A stretch of 64,000 bases of DNA from Balanoglossus misakiensis. Its lineage: Eukaryota; Animalia; Hemichordata. The notes below the pieces were generated by a model. It was given only the letters and a program-made list of their open reading frames with translations. It was not told the DNA's origin and did no database searches. Made by a program: the position numbers and the translations under genes. The stretch spans positions 7,770,343 through 7,834,342 of the forward strand of contig CM082597.2 of assembly GCA_040954595.2 (NCBI GenBank). The letters run 5' to 3'. Position 1 is the first letter of the stretch. Every line of letters begins with the position of its first letter. This document shows positions 41,101-56,100 of the stretch, piece after piece.

Positions 41101-44100
41101 AGCAATTCTCTGGAAAATTGTTTGTAGCTACATTATTAATTAACAATATTCCTGTCAGTTAATCTTTTGGAAATTGCTATTGTAAAATACGAAAAACATA
41201 CATTTTCATCCTTTGTTTCAAATATACAGAAGGAAAATAAGAGAAACATTTGCTTCTCTGTAGATTTATTTCGTTTTTTTTAAACAGGAGCATAGACAAC
41301 AACAATTTGTGGTACATTGACCCAGAGGCATTGACTGGATTAAGTTTCATTAAAACCATGTAAGTCTTGGAGCTTTTCCACCAATGCTTGAAGTGTGCAG
41401 TGAATGAATGATCGATGGCACGAATCTTATGAAAATGTGTGGCAAGTTACTGCGAGTACATACCTTTGCCGGTGAGAAAAATATACACTAAAACTCTATT
41501 TAGGACATCTTCAGGAACAGCAAATATGTCTGAATTGTCCATAGTACAGGTAGCTTTCTATTCAGATCATACGTTTTGTCTTGGAAAACAATCTGTCCCT
41601 AATAGACAGGTATCCCGATTAACGAGGTGTCTGTAATGGCGGATTTCACCACGTTTCTTTGTTTCACTCCTTAACAGATCACTCTCTGGCAATGCCCTGC
41701 GGTATTTCCCATCGCTGCCATCATTAAACCAATTAGAGACGGTGTAAGTATGCAGTGCCAACTGCAAACTTTATAGTGTGTGTGGATCAGTATTCTGCAT
41801 TTTAGCTTATGTGTTCATACACATGAGCTTATGTGACAGTTGTACTGGTGTCTGTGTGTGTGTCCGTGTGTCTGTCTGTTAACACGTTATCTCAAAAACG
41901 GCAGAATGGATTCAAGTCAAATTTTTTACGCTGTTTTCAAACGGCAAGAATTGATTAGATTTTGGTGGGCGGTGCTTTCATATTAATGAAGTTATCTTGA
42001 TACTATATGTGTTTGCTGTTGACATGTGAGTAGGAAGTGCTTCCGTTTTTAAAAAAAATGCAAAAATTTTTGTTCGTACAATTGTGACAATTCTGTTTAA
42101 CTTCGCAGGGATTTGTCTGATAACAGCATTGAATCCATTGGTGTTGGTGCATTAAACGGTGTGAATCCTTACATATTTAAAACTCTGTGAGTATCATAAA
42201 TTCTTTATAGATTATAGATAATTGCAGTGTCTCTAAAAATGCATGTGTTTTATCTAAGTTTAAAGTTTTCTTGTTGTCTTTAATGTTCAGTAACATCTCC
42301 ACATTAACAGGAATGTTGGAAGACCACAATGTTAATACTGAAGTAAATTGAAGTTGTTTTTTTAGTTTTTTCAGGGCATTTGCAGTTCTTGAGGGAGGTA
42401 CTGTGCCTGGTCATACAATAAACGTACAGAAGTCTTAATAACGTACATGTAAGCACACACAAGTATAACACACACAAAAACAGACGTGATAAGGTGTACT
42501 GTGTACTTAAATCATTTAAATAAAAATTAAATCTTCTTAGTAATCTCGGCACCAACCCTCTGGGCTGTGACTGTGAGATGTACTACGCCCTTGACTATAT
42601 CAATGCAACCACCATCAGCAATGGAAAATGCGCCACACCGCCCGATGCCTACGGAGTGTCATTTCGGTACGCCGACATGGATCAGTCCAACTACTTTGGC
42701 TCAGTCAGCCTTTCAAAATTCCTGTGTGGTAAGTTACATGTCACTGCTAGTCATCTAAAACATGTGGAACACACTGACCATTGTGTGCACTGTATAAACT
42801 GGATGCCACTGTCGCCGTATAAAAAGCAAAATTATGTTATCCAAAAAAATGAATTGTTTGAAAACAAATAAAATGCTCGAACAAATATCAATTCACTAAT
42901 CACTAATCCCATCAATCAGCTGCAGCCAATGTGACAGCCAGCTCACCTACTATGAATGAATTGATGGTATCGTGGCATGCACCGGAAGAATTGTACCCAG
43001 GACGACCTGAAAACAACTCATCAAGGGACAGCTGGTAAGATGATCCGTCTTAACCTTTAAAGCTTGCTTACAAAAAAATGTCAAAATTCCATCAATCACA
43101 AGAGGCAAAAGGTTAATAAAGTTGCGAGGGAAACTGCAACCTTATTGCTATTACGTAATACCAATTTTCATATGTAAACTTATATTGCATCTTGTGTGTG
43201 TTTGTGTACTGATCTCAAAACTACTAAGTAACGTACTGCATTCTTCAATATGCACTTACATTTTTCTTTTAAGCAGGAGTCTGGTTTTCCTTGTTTATCG
43301 TTGCATTTTCGCTGGTTGTCTGGTATGGGCACCTACCAGTAGTAAGCTTCCAGTGGTTGTCCATATCCTGTACCAACGATATTTCTATAGTCTAGCTGTT
43401 CATGAAGAGAGTTGTACATGTTTCTTCCATAATTTTTTACTTCAGGCAGTACGAAGTCACCTGCGAGGATGAACACGGCGCCACATTGACGGGCACGACC
43501 ATCGATTTGGAGTACACCTTCACGGCAGCGACCGACAACTTACAAGCGGGCACGCAATACATATGTGCGGTTCAGTTGAGCACTAACACTTCCACCAGTG
43601 CGGTCGGCCAGTTCGCCTACGTCGTCACCTTGGAGGACCTCTCGGTCTTCAACTTTACCGTGGGACCCCTGGATTTTCTGCTTCCCATTACCTATTACGA
43701 CTTCAGGTGAGGTCACTGACAAGTCCATACCCCCTGTTGTTAACAATGGTACAGTCTGCAGTCTTTCAGATTGGAATGTAACATTGATTGCAACTGTGAC
43801 GCTGTGGTTGTTCTGTGCACAGATCTGTATGTTTCAATTGTTCATGCAGTATATACTTGAGTGTTTGTCTCGACGTCAAACCACGTAACACACTGTAGAA
43901 TTACACACTTACTTTTCACGGCTGTTGTCGGTGAACTGTAAATTTGCCATTAATGTGCGGCTACACTAAGCAGGCATGCAAAACACTCACATTTCAGTGG
44001 CAACATTATATATTTTTTCCAATTTTCTCTAGTATATCTGAGAGGAAAATGCAATGAAAATGTGCCATATGCCAACTGCAATGCCCATAACAATTTCCTA

Positions 44101-47100
44101 GTGGTCTTTAATTCAAGGCCATCTGAATTCTTGCCTATCCAAAAATATCAATTAGACGTCATCAAATAACAATCAGAATTAAAGCTGCAAGCAGCATTGT
44201 CCGGGCCCAAGCTCTATTATCTGATCTGATTATTAGATATTCACATAATTAATGAGTAGAAACATAATGCTGTGTTTTATCCCATGAAATATCAAGATTA
44301 TATCTATGTTTAGTGCTGATATAGTGTTAAGTAGGTCAGAGGTCACCCACAGTTTGGGCAGAAAATTTTGACCCATAGTGGTCCATGTCCAACAAAAACC
44401 AGACCTCTAACCCTTTTGGTTAGCCCGGAATTAGGTATGCACATAAATAATGAGTTAAGCAGGTGTCACAGGTGACCCAAAACTTTGGCTTTTAATTATG
44501 GCCCCATACCTCCAAACGCCAAGGCTGTATCTGCTGTGGATGCTGAGATTTGCGAAATTAGGTCAAAGGTCACCAGAGGTCACCCAAAATTTGGGTAAAA
44601 AATTTTGACCCTATACTTGTCCTGTCCAACAAAAACAAAACCTCTAGGTCTATTGGTTCATCTGTAATTACGTATGCGCATATTTAATGAGGTCAGCAGA
44701 GGTCAAAGGGGTCATGAAAAGTACCAAAATTTTTTGATCACATACAAATCCACATACATCAAAAACCACACTTATAGCCCTATTGGTTAGCCTGGAATTA
44801 GATATGCAGAAAATTGATGCATCAAAAGTAGGTCAAAGGTCATTGCCAAAATTACCAAAATATTTATAGCTTATTCTTGTTATATGATGATTCATATCCA
44901 TAAAAAGAATTTCTGTGCTATCAATTTTTAGGCTAGAAAGGGAATTTTTACTTTTTAATCGTTTTTCACAAAATCCAATATGGCCGCCATAATCTTCGAC
45001 CAATCACATTCCTCTTCGCAAACTTGATAGACATCTGTTGAATGACCACGAACACAAAATCTTGCGACTCGGTTATCGCCGGTTCTGGTGAAGAAGATTT
45101 TTGAAATTTTACTAGGGTTTTTCGAAAATCCAATATGGCCGCCATAATCTTCGACCAATCACAATGATCTTCGCAAACTTGATAGACATCAGTTAGGTGA
45201 CCACATACCCCAAACCCCATGTCTCGGTTATCACCGGTTCTGGAGAAGAAGATTTTTGAAATTTAAGCCAGATTTCAGAAAAAACATTGTAGCAAAAAAA
45301 CTGCAACATTGACAGCATAATTTCCAATTACAAAAATGTTTGACAGAAGGTAGTCTACCTGCACGCCAAATTTGAAGTCGATCTGACTTGTAGTTTCTGA
45401 GATCTGAGATTTGCATTTTTTCAGAAAATCCAAGATGGCCGCCAGGTCATGTGACTAATTAAAAATTCATGGGTTCAATGCACGACTACTCATTGACCTT
45501 GACCACTGTAGCAAGTTTGAGAACTGTACCTGCAGTGGTGTCTGAGATCTAGAGCGACAAAGAAATGACAGAAGAATAAAGAAAGAAGAAAGAAAGACAG
45601 ATTAAAGCTGCAAGCAGCATTGTCCGGGCCCAAGCTCTATTATCTGATCTGATATTAGATATGCACATAATTAATGAGTAGAAACATAATGCTCTGTTTT
45701 ATCCCATGAAATATCAAGGTTATATCTATGTTTGGTGTTGATATAGTGTTAAGTAGGTCAAAGGTCACCCAGGGGTCACCCACAATTTGGGCAGAAAATT
45801 TTGACCCATAGTGGTCCATGTCCAACAAAAACCAGACCTCTAACCCTTTTGGTTAGCCTGGAATTAGGTATGCACATAAATAATGAGTTAAGCAGGTGTC
45901 ACAGGTGACCCACAACTTTGGCTTTTCATTATGGCCCCATACCTCCAAACGCCAAGGCTGTATCTGCTGTGGATGTCGAGATATGCAAAAGTAGGTCAAA
46001 GGTCACCCGAGGTCACCCAACATTTGGGCAAAATATTTCGACCCCATACTGGTCTATGTATAACGAAAACAAAACCTCTAGGTCTATTGGTTCATCATTA
46101 ATTAGGTATGCGCATATTTAATGAGGTCACCAGAGGTCAAAGGGGTCATGAAAAGTAGCAAAATTTTTTGATCACATACAAATCCACATACATCAAAAAC
46201 CAAACTTATAGCCCTATTGGTTAGCCTGGAATTAGATATGCAGAAAAATGATGCGTCAAAAGTAGGTCAAAGGTCATTGCCAAAATTACCAAAATATTTA
46301 TAGCTTATTCTTGTCATATGATGATTCATATCAATAAAAAGAATTTCTGTGCTATCAATTTTTAGGCTAGAAAAGGAATTTTTACTTTTTAATCGTTTTT
46401 CACAAAATCCAATATGGCCGCCATAATCTTCGACCAATCACATTCCCCTTCGCAAACTTGATAGACATCTGTTTAATGACCACACACACCAAATCTTGTG
46501 ACTCGGTTATCGCCCGTTCTTGAGAAGAAGATTTTTGAAGTTTTACTATGGTTTTTCGAAAATCCAATATGGCCGCCATAATCTTCGACCAATCACAATG
46601 ATCTTCGCAAACTTGATAGACATCAGTTAGGTGACCACATACCCCAAACCGCGTGACTCAGTTATCACCGGTTCTGGAGAAGAAGATTTTTGAAATTTAA
46701 GCCAGATTTCAGAAAAAAAATTGTAGCAAAAAAACTGCAACATTTACAGCAAAATATCCAATTACAAAAATGATGGGTAGAAGGTAGACTACCTGCACAC
46801 CAAATTTGAAGTCGATCTGACTTGTAGTTTCTGAGATCTGAGATTTGCATTTTTCCAGAAAATCCAATATGGCCGCCAGGTCACGTGACTAATTAAAAAT
46901 TCAAGGGTTCAATGCACGACTACTCATTGACCTTGACCACTGTAGCAAGTTTCAGAAGTGTACCTGCAGCGGTGTCTGAGATCTAGAGCGACAAAGAATT
47001 GACAGAAGAATAAAGAAAGAAAGAAAGACAGAATTAAAGCTGCAAGCAGCATTGTCCGGGCCCAAGCTCTATTATCTGATCTGATTATTAGATATGCACA

Positions 47101-50100
47101 TAATTAATGAGTAGAAACATAATGCTGTGTTTTATCCCATGAAATATCAAGATTATATCTATGTTTAGTGCTGATATAGTGTTAAGTAGGTCAGAGGTCA
47201 CCCACAGTTTGGGCAGAAAATTTTGACCCATAGTGGTCCATGTCCAACAAAAACCAGACCTCTAACCCTTTTGGTTAGCCCGGAATTAGGTATGCACATA
47301 AATAATGAGTTAAGCAGGTGTCACAGGTGACCCAAAACTTTGGCTTTTCATTATGGCCCCATACCTCCAAACGCCAAGGCTGTATCTGCTGTGGATGCTG
47401 AGATTTGCGAAATTAGGTCAAAGGTCACCAGAGGTCACCCAAAATTTGGGTAAAAATTTTTGACCCTATACTTGTCCTGTCCAACAAAAACAAAACCTCT
47501 AGGTCTATTGGTTCATCTGTAATTAGGTATGCGCATATTTAATGAGGTCAGCAGAGGTCAAAGGGGTCATGAAAAGTACCAACATTTTTTGATCACATAC
47601 AAATCCACATACATCAAAAACCAAACTTATAGCCCTATTGGTTAGCCTGGAATTAGATATGCAGAAAATTAATGCGTCAAAAGTAGGTCAAAGGTCATTG
47701 CCAAAATTACCAAAATATTTATAGCTTATTCTTGTTATATGATGATTCATATCCATTAAAAGAATTTCTGTGCTATCAATTTTTAGGCTAGAAAGGGAAT
47801 TTTTACTTTTTAATCGTTTTTCACAAAATCCAATATGGCCGCCATAATCTTCGACCAATCACATTCCTCTTCGCAAACTTGATAGACATCTGTTGAATGA
47901 CCACACACACAAAATCTTGTGACTCGGTTATTGCCGGTTCTCGAGAAGAAGATTTTTGAAATTTTACTAGGGTTTTTCGAAAATCCAATATGGCCGCCAT
48001 AATCTTCGACCAATCACAATGATCTTCGCAAACTTGATAGACATCAGTTAGGTGACCACATACCCCAAACCCCATGTCTCGGTTATCACCGGTTCTGGAG
48101 AAGAAGATTTTTGAAATTTAAGCCAGATTTCAGAAAAAAAATTGTAGCAAAAAAACTGCAACATTGACAGCATAATTTCCAATTACAAAAATGTTTGACA
48201 GAAGGTAGTCTACCTGCACGCCAAATTTGAAGTCGATCTGACTTGTAGTTTCTGAGATCTGAGATTTGCATTTTTTCAGAAAATCCAAGATGGCCGCCAG
48301 GTCATGTGACTAATTAAAAATTCATGGGTTCAATGCACGACTACTCATTGACCTTGACCACTGTAGCAAGTTTGAGAACTGTACCTGCAGTGGTGTCTGA
48401 GATCTAGAGCGACAAAGAAATGACAGAAGAATAAAGAAAGAAAGAAAGAAAGAATTAAAGCTGCAAGCAGCATTGTCCGGGCCCAAGCTCTATTATCTGA
48501 TCTGATATTAGATATGCACATAATTAATGAGTAGAAACATAATGCTGTTCTATCCCATGAAATATCAAGGTTATATCTATGTTTGGTGCTGATAAAGTGT
48601 TAAGTAGGTCAAAGGTCACCCAGAGGTCACCCAACATTTGGGCAGAAAATTTTAACCCATAGTGGTCCATGTCCAACAAAAACCAGACCTCTAGCCCTTT
48701 TGGTTAGCCTGGAATTAGGTATGCACATAAATAATGCGTAAAGCAGGTGTCACAGGTGACCCAAAACTTTGGCTTTGGCTTTTCATTATGGCCCCATACC
48801 TCCAAATGCCAAGGCTGTACCTGCTTTGGATGCCGAGATATGCAAAAGTAGGTCAAAGGTCATCTGAGGTCATCCAAAATTTGGGCAGAAAATTTTGACC
48901 CATAGTGGTCCATGTCCAACAAAAACCAGACCTCTAGCCCTTTTGGTTAGCCTATAATTAGGTATGCACATAATTAATGAGTTAAGCAGGTGTCACAGGT
49001 GACCCAAAACTTTGGCTTTTCATTATGGCCCCATACCTCCAAACGCCAAGGCTGTATCTGCTGTGGATGTCGAGATATGCAAAAGTAGGTCAAAGGTCAC
49101 CTGAGGTCACCCAACATTTGGGCAAAATATTTTGACCCCATACTGGTCCATGTATAACAAAAACAAAATCTCTAGGTCTATTGGTTCATCTGTAATTAGG
49201 TATGTACATATTTAATGAGGTCAGCAGAGGTCAAAGGGGTCATGAAAAGTAGCAAAATTTTTGGATCACATACAAATCGACATACATCAAAAACCAAACT
49301 TATAGCCCTATTGGTTAGCCTGGAATTAGATATGCAGAAAAATCATGCGTCAAAAGTAGGTCAAAGGTCATTGCCAAAATTACCAAAATATTTATAGCTT
49401 ATTCTTGTCATATGAAGATTCATATCCATAAAAAGAATTTCTGTGCTATCAATTTTTAGGCTAGAAAGGGAATTTTTACTTTTTAATCGTTTTTCACAAA
49501 ATCCAATATGGCCGCCATAATCTTCGACCAATCACATTCCTCTTCGCAAACTTGATAGACATCTGTTTAGTGACCACACACACCAAATCTTGTGACTCGG
49601 TTATCGCCGGTTCTTGAGAAGAAGATTTTTGAAATTTTACTAGGGTTTTTCGAAAATCCAATATGGCCGCCATAATCTTCAACCAATCACAATGATCTTC
49701 GCAAACTTGATAGACATCAGTTAGGTGACCACATACCCCAAACCGCGTGACTCGGTTATCACCGGTTCTGGAGAAGAAGATTTTTGAAATTTAAGCCAGA
49801 TTTCAGAAAAAAAATTGTAGCAAAAAAACTGCAACATTCACAGCAAAATAACCAATTACAAAAATGATGGGTAGAAGGTAGACTACCTGCACACCAAATT
49901 TGAAGTCGATCTGACTTGTAGTTTCTGAGATCTGAGATTTGCATTTTTTCAGAATATCCAATATGGCCGCCAGGTCACGTGACTAATTAAAAATTCAAGG
50001 GTTCAATGCACGACTACTCATTGACCTTGACCACTGTAGCAAGTTTCAGAAGTGTACCTGCAGCGGTGTCTGAGATCTAGAGCGACAAAGAATTGACAGA

Positions 50101-53100
50101 AGAATAAAGAAAGAAAGAAAGAAAGAAAGAATATAGCTGCAAGCAGCAATGGCGGGCCCAAGCCAACATAGCACATAGCAACATAGCAATAAGCATATCT
50201 GCTCTGGATGCCAAGATATGGAAAAGTAGGTCAAAGGTCACCTGAGGTCATGCAAAATTTGGGCGAGAAATGTTGACCCTATACTGGTCCATGTTCATCA
50301 AAAACCAAACCTATAGCCCTATTGGTTAGCCTGGAATTAGGTATGCACATAATTAATGAGGTAGGCAGGTGTCACAGGTGACCCCCCAATTTGGCTTTTC
50401 AATTTTAGTCCCAACCATCCAAACGCCAATTCTGTATCTGCTCTGGATGCCAAGATATGGTAAAGTAGGTCAAAGGTCACCTGAGGTCATGCAAAATTTG
50501 GGCAATAAATTTTGACCCTATACTGGTCCACGTTCAACAAAAACCAAACCTATAGCCCTATTGGTTAGCCTGGAATTAGGTATGCACATAATTAATGAGA
50601 TATGCAGGTGTCACAGGTGACCCCTATTTTGGCTTTTCAACTTTAGTCCCAACCCTCCAAACGCCAAGTCTGTACCTGCTCTGGATGCCGAGATATAGGA
50701 AAGTAGGTCAAAGGTCACCTGAGGTCACCCAAAATTTGGGCAAGAAATTTTGACCCTATACTGGTCCACGTTCAACAAAAACCAAACCTATAGCCCTATT
50801 GGTTAGCCTGGAATTAGGTATGCACATAATTAATGAGATATGCAGGTGTCACAGGTGACCCCTATTTTGGCTTTTCAACTTTAGTCCCAACCCTCCAAAC
50901 GCCAAGTCTGTACCTGCTCTGGATGCCGAGATATAGGAAAGTAGGTCAAAGGTCACCTGAGGTCACCCCAAATTTGGGCAAGAAATTTTGACCCTATACT
51001 GGTCCATGTCCCACAAGAACGAAACCTCTAGCCCTCTTAGTTAGCCCAGAATTAGGTATGCACATAATTAATGAGTTAAGCAGGTGTTACAGGTGAGCCT
51101 AAAATTTTGCCTTTTTTTTTTGGTGCCATTGTGCTCACTGACCAATAGACACTCACTGTACAGGACTATTGCACTGACCAGAATTCCACAATAAGTCATG
51201 GACATAGCTTAACCATAGAGGTATAAGTAAAGGTATAAATTTAATAAAAAAATTAATATAAAAAAATCGGTCGATTTTTCATATTATTTTTTTTTGCTTA
51301 AAATTATTGACAAATGCTAGGCTTGCTGCACACCAAAGTTGGAGATGATCGGCCTTACAGATTTTGAGATATGTATGCATATTTATCCAAAATAATATGT
51401 GTTCATAGCTTTACTATGTAAGGTATAGGCCCATGGCTTGGGCGAAAAATATGAAAAATAATACTTAAAAATCTTCTTATCAAAATTGACATGGCCTATG
51501 GCCTTGACATTTGGCATGTAGAACCCTGGCCATATGGTCCGTAAAACTTGCTAAAAGAATTTTGATATGTCCATTCATATGCAAATAAGGCCAATTTGAA
51601 AATTTTGCCCATATATGGTCATCAGGTCACATGACTAATTAAACATTCACAAGGGTACTGCACTAGCTCTCATTGACCTGCACCATTGTGCCAAGTTTGA
51701 AATTGGTAGGTTTAGCAGTTTTCCAGATCTACCTCGCCAAAGAAAATGACAGAAGAAGAAAAAGAAGAAGAAGTAGAAGAAAAACCCCAGTAATACCAAT
51801 AGGGCCCAAGCCTGCTGGGCTTGGGCCCTAAAAAACCCCAACGAAACCAATAGGGCCCAAGCGCTGGTATGCGCTTGGGCCCTAAAGAAAGAAAAACCCC
51901 AACGAAACCAATAGGGCCCAAGCGCTGGTATGCGCTTGGGCCCTAAAAACCCCAACGAAACCAATAGGGCCCAAGCGCTGGTATGCGCTTGGGCCCTAAT
52001 AATAAAGAAGAATTAAAGCTGCAAGCAGCATTGTCCGGGCCCAAGCTCTATTATCTGATCTGATTATTAGATATGCACATAATTAATGAGTAGAAACATA
52101 ATGCTGTGTTTTATCCCATGAAATATCAAGGTTATATCTATGTTTGGTGTTGATATAGTGTTAAGTAGGTCAAAGGTCACCCAGAGGTCACCCATAATTT
52201 GGGCAGAAAATTTTGACCCATAGTGGTCCATGTCCAACAAAAACCAGACCTCTAGCCCTTTTGGTTAGCCTGGAATTAGGTATGCACATAAATAATGAGT
52301 TAAGCAGGTGTCACAGGTGACCCAAAACTTTGGCTTTTCATTATGGCCCCATACCTCCAAACGCCAAGGCTGTATCTGGTGTGGATGTCAAGATATGCAA
52401 AAGTAGGTCAAAGGTCACCCGAGGTCACCCAACATTTGGGCAAAATATTTTGACCCCATACTGGTCCATGTATAACAAAAACAAAACCTCTAGGTCTATT
52501 GGTTCATCATTAATTAGGTATGTGCATATTTAATGAGGTCAACAGAGGTCAAAGGGGTTATGAAAAGTAGCAAAAATTTTTTATCACATACAAATCCACA
52601 TACATCAAAAACCAAACTTATAGCCCTATTGGTTAGCCTGGAATTAGATATGCAGAAAAATGATGCGTCAAAAGTAGGTCAAAGGTCATTGCCAAAATTA
52701 CCAAAATATTTATAGCTTATTCTTGGCATATGATGATTCATATCCATTAAAAAGAATTTCTGATCTATCAATTTTTAGGCTGGAAAGGGAATTTTTACTT
52801 TTTAATCGTTTTTCACAAAATCCAATATGGCCGCCATAATCTTCGACCAATCACATTCATCTTCGCAAACTTGATAGACATCTGTTTAATGACCACACAC
52901 ACCAAATCTTGTGACTCAGTTATCGCCGGTTCTTGAGAAGAAGATTTTTGAAATTTTACTAGGGTTTTTCGAAAATCCAATATGGCCGCCATAATCTTCG
53001 ACCAATCACAATGATCTTCGCAAACTTGATAGACCTCAGTTTGGTGACCACATACCCCAAACCGCGTGACTCGGTTATCGCCGGTTCTGGAGAAGAAGAT

Positions 53101-56100
53101 TTTTGAAATTTTGACCAGATTTCAGAAAAAAAATTGTAGCAAAAAAATTGCAACATTGACAGCAAAATATCCAATTACAAAAATGATGGGCAGAAGGTAC
53201 ACTACCAGCACACCAAATCTGAAGTAAATCTGACTTGTAGTTTCTGAGATCTGAGATTTGCATTTTTTCAGAAAATCCAATATGGCCGCCATGTCACGTG
53301 ACTAATTAAAAATTCAAGAGTTCAATGCACGACTACCCATTGACCTTGACCACTGTAGCAAGTTTGAGAAGTGTACCTGCAGCGGTGTCTGAGATCTAGA
53401 GCGACAAAGAAATGACACAAGAATAAAGAAAGAAAGAAAGAAAGAAAGAATTAAAGCTGCAAGCAGCATTGTCGGGCCCAAGCGCTGATCTTGCATTATA
53501 TATGCACACTATGAATGAGAAGAAACATAATTTTCTATCGGGTGTATTATCTCATGACATAACAAGGGCGTATGTATTTTTGCTGCTGAAATAGGGTAAA
53601 GTAGGTCAAAGGTCACCTGAGGTCATCCAACATTTGGGCAAAAAATTTTGACCCATGCTGGGCCATGTCCAACAAAAACCAAAACTCTAGCTCTATTGGT
53701 TCGCGTGTAATTAGGTATGTGCATATTTAATGAGGTCAGCAGGTGTCACAGGTGAGCCAAAAATTTGGCTTTACATTTAGGTCCCATCCTGCCAAATGCC
53801 AAGGCTGTATCTGCTCTGGATGTTGAGATATGCGAAAGTAGGTCAAAGGTCACCAGAGGTCACCCAACATTTGGGCAAAAAATTTTGATCCCATACAGGT
53901 CCATGTCCAACAAAAACCAAACCTCTAGCTCTATTGGTTCGCCTGTAATTAGCTATGCACATAATTAATGAGGTAAGCAGAGGTCAAAGGGGTCATGGAA
54001 AGTAGCAAAATATTTTGATCACACACTTATCCACATGCATCAAAAACCAAACATCTAGCCCTATAGGTTAGCCTGGAATTAGATATGCAGAAATAATAAC
54101 ATGTGAAAAGTAGGTCAAAGGTCATGTGAAAAATCGCCAAAAATTTGTAACATATTTTAGTCACATGACGATTGATATCCATACAAAGAATTTCTATGCT
54201 ATCAATGTTTAGAGTAGAAAAAGGAATTTCAATTTTTCAATGCTTTTTACAAAATCCAATATGGCCGCCATAATCTTCGACCAATCACAATGTTCTTTGC
54301 AAACTTGATAGACATCAGTGTAGTGACCATACTCCCCGAATCTTGTGACTCAGTTATCGCCCGTTCTGGAGAAGAAGATTTGGGGAGTTTTACTATGGTT
54401 TTTCGAAAATCCAATATGGCCGCCATAATCTTCGACCAATCACAATGATCTTCGCAAACTTGATAGACCTCAGTTAGGTGACCCCATACCCCAAACCGCG
54501 TGACTCTGTTATCGCCGGTTCTGGAGAAGAAGATTTTTGAAATTTTGACCAGATTTCAGAAAAACAACTGTAGCAAAAAAACTGCAACATTGACAGCAAA
54601 ATATCCAATTACAAAAATGATGGGCAGAAGGTACACTACCAGCACGCCAAATCTGAAGTAAATCTGACTTGTAGTTTCTGAGATCTGAGATTTGCATTTT
54701 TTCAGAAAATCCAATATGGCCGCCATGTCACGTGACTAATTAAAAATTCATGGGTTCAATGCACGACTACTCATTGACCTTGACCACTGTAGCAAGTTTG
54801 AGAACTGTACCTGCAGCGGTGTCTGAGATCTAGAGCGATAAAAAATGGACAGGAGAATAAAGAAAGAAAGAAAGAAAGAAAGAAAAACCCCAACGAAACC
54901 AATAGGGCCCAAGCGCTTGCTTGCGCTTGGGCCCTAAAAAACCCCAACGAAACCAATAGGGCCCAAGCGCTGGTATGCGCTTGGGCCCTAATAAACCTGC
55001 AGTATGTAAAACGAAAATCAAAAGCATTGTCTAATTGAGTGATGCTGCTCTTGTGGCGATGTAGTTCAGAATTACATGGTGGGCATTTACTTCTACAGTA
55101 TTTATTTCTAAACCAGTCACATCGACACCAATCACATTATGTCAGACAATTATCAGAAGCGCATGTGTTTACAATAAGGACGATTCCAGTGTGGTTAGTT
55201 TCTGGTCAAAACATAACTGATTTGTTTAGAACCCGTTCTTTGCAGCCTGACACATCCAGATTTCACTGGCAGTGACAACATTAAAGTCGACAGCCCTACC
55301 TACATTGCCAGCCCCTACGGATCCTGGCTCTCCATGTCTGATAATCCAACAGCCGATACGTTCTCCGACTGGTTCCGGGATGTGGATGACAACTACATGT
55401 ACGAGGATGTGTTCCACCTGCCATGGAATGAGAGTTCCGGATCCTCAGATCCAATAAATTCGTGAGTACAGGCCATGTGTGTTGTCAGAGTTACTGCATT
55501 ATGCGTAAAGATTATGTATTACCACTGTTTTCACTCGTTGATCTATGTGAAAACTTGTGACTTCCATTTCTGGGAATTAGGTCACTGAGAGGTCCGGACG
55601 AGATACGACTACACATGTACAGGGACGCAGCAAAACTAAGTTCAACAGTAGTTTATTAAGGAATTAATCTTAATGTATAATCGTCATGTTATCTTAGAAA
55701 TTATAAACCCTGGTCTTAAATATACGTGTCAATTTCTAATGTGTAGTGATGTATTGAAAATATGAAATATAAGTAGACTAACCTCTTATACTTTCATTAT
55801 TTGAATTTTTTGTGTTATCTGCACATAGATAAATATGGCCAAAATTTTGAGTATATTGGTGAACCTTGTTATAGGCAGATGGCAGCCACAATATTGCTCT
55901 AAAGTTGGCAATTTGCATTAATTTGAACAAACTAGTGCTGTGTGTTGATTTGTGAATGTAGATGTACAGTGAAGTAGCATCAGTGTTTTAATTTCAACAT
56001 ACTAATGTTTTCGGTTACAGGTTCTATTCTGATGCCTATTGGCCGGTAGACGGTAAAGGATACAATACAGAATTGCAACAAGACTGTTACTTGCAGCTGA

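Noticed and set aside
51790-52000. Regularly spaced ~30-bp palindromic repeats resembling a CRISPR array
   Set aside because: The spacers are near-identical rather than unique, there are no cas genes, the context is a eukaryotic intron, and the repeats match the termini of the flanking elements.
44955-55027. Recurrent short ORFs (MQISDLRNYK..., ...KIMAAILDF...)
   Set aside because: Chance translations of the non-coding repeat unit, with no domain signal.
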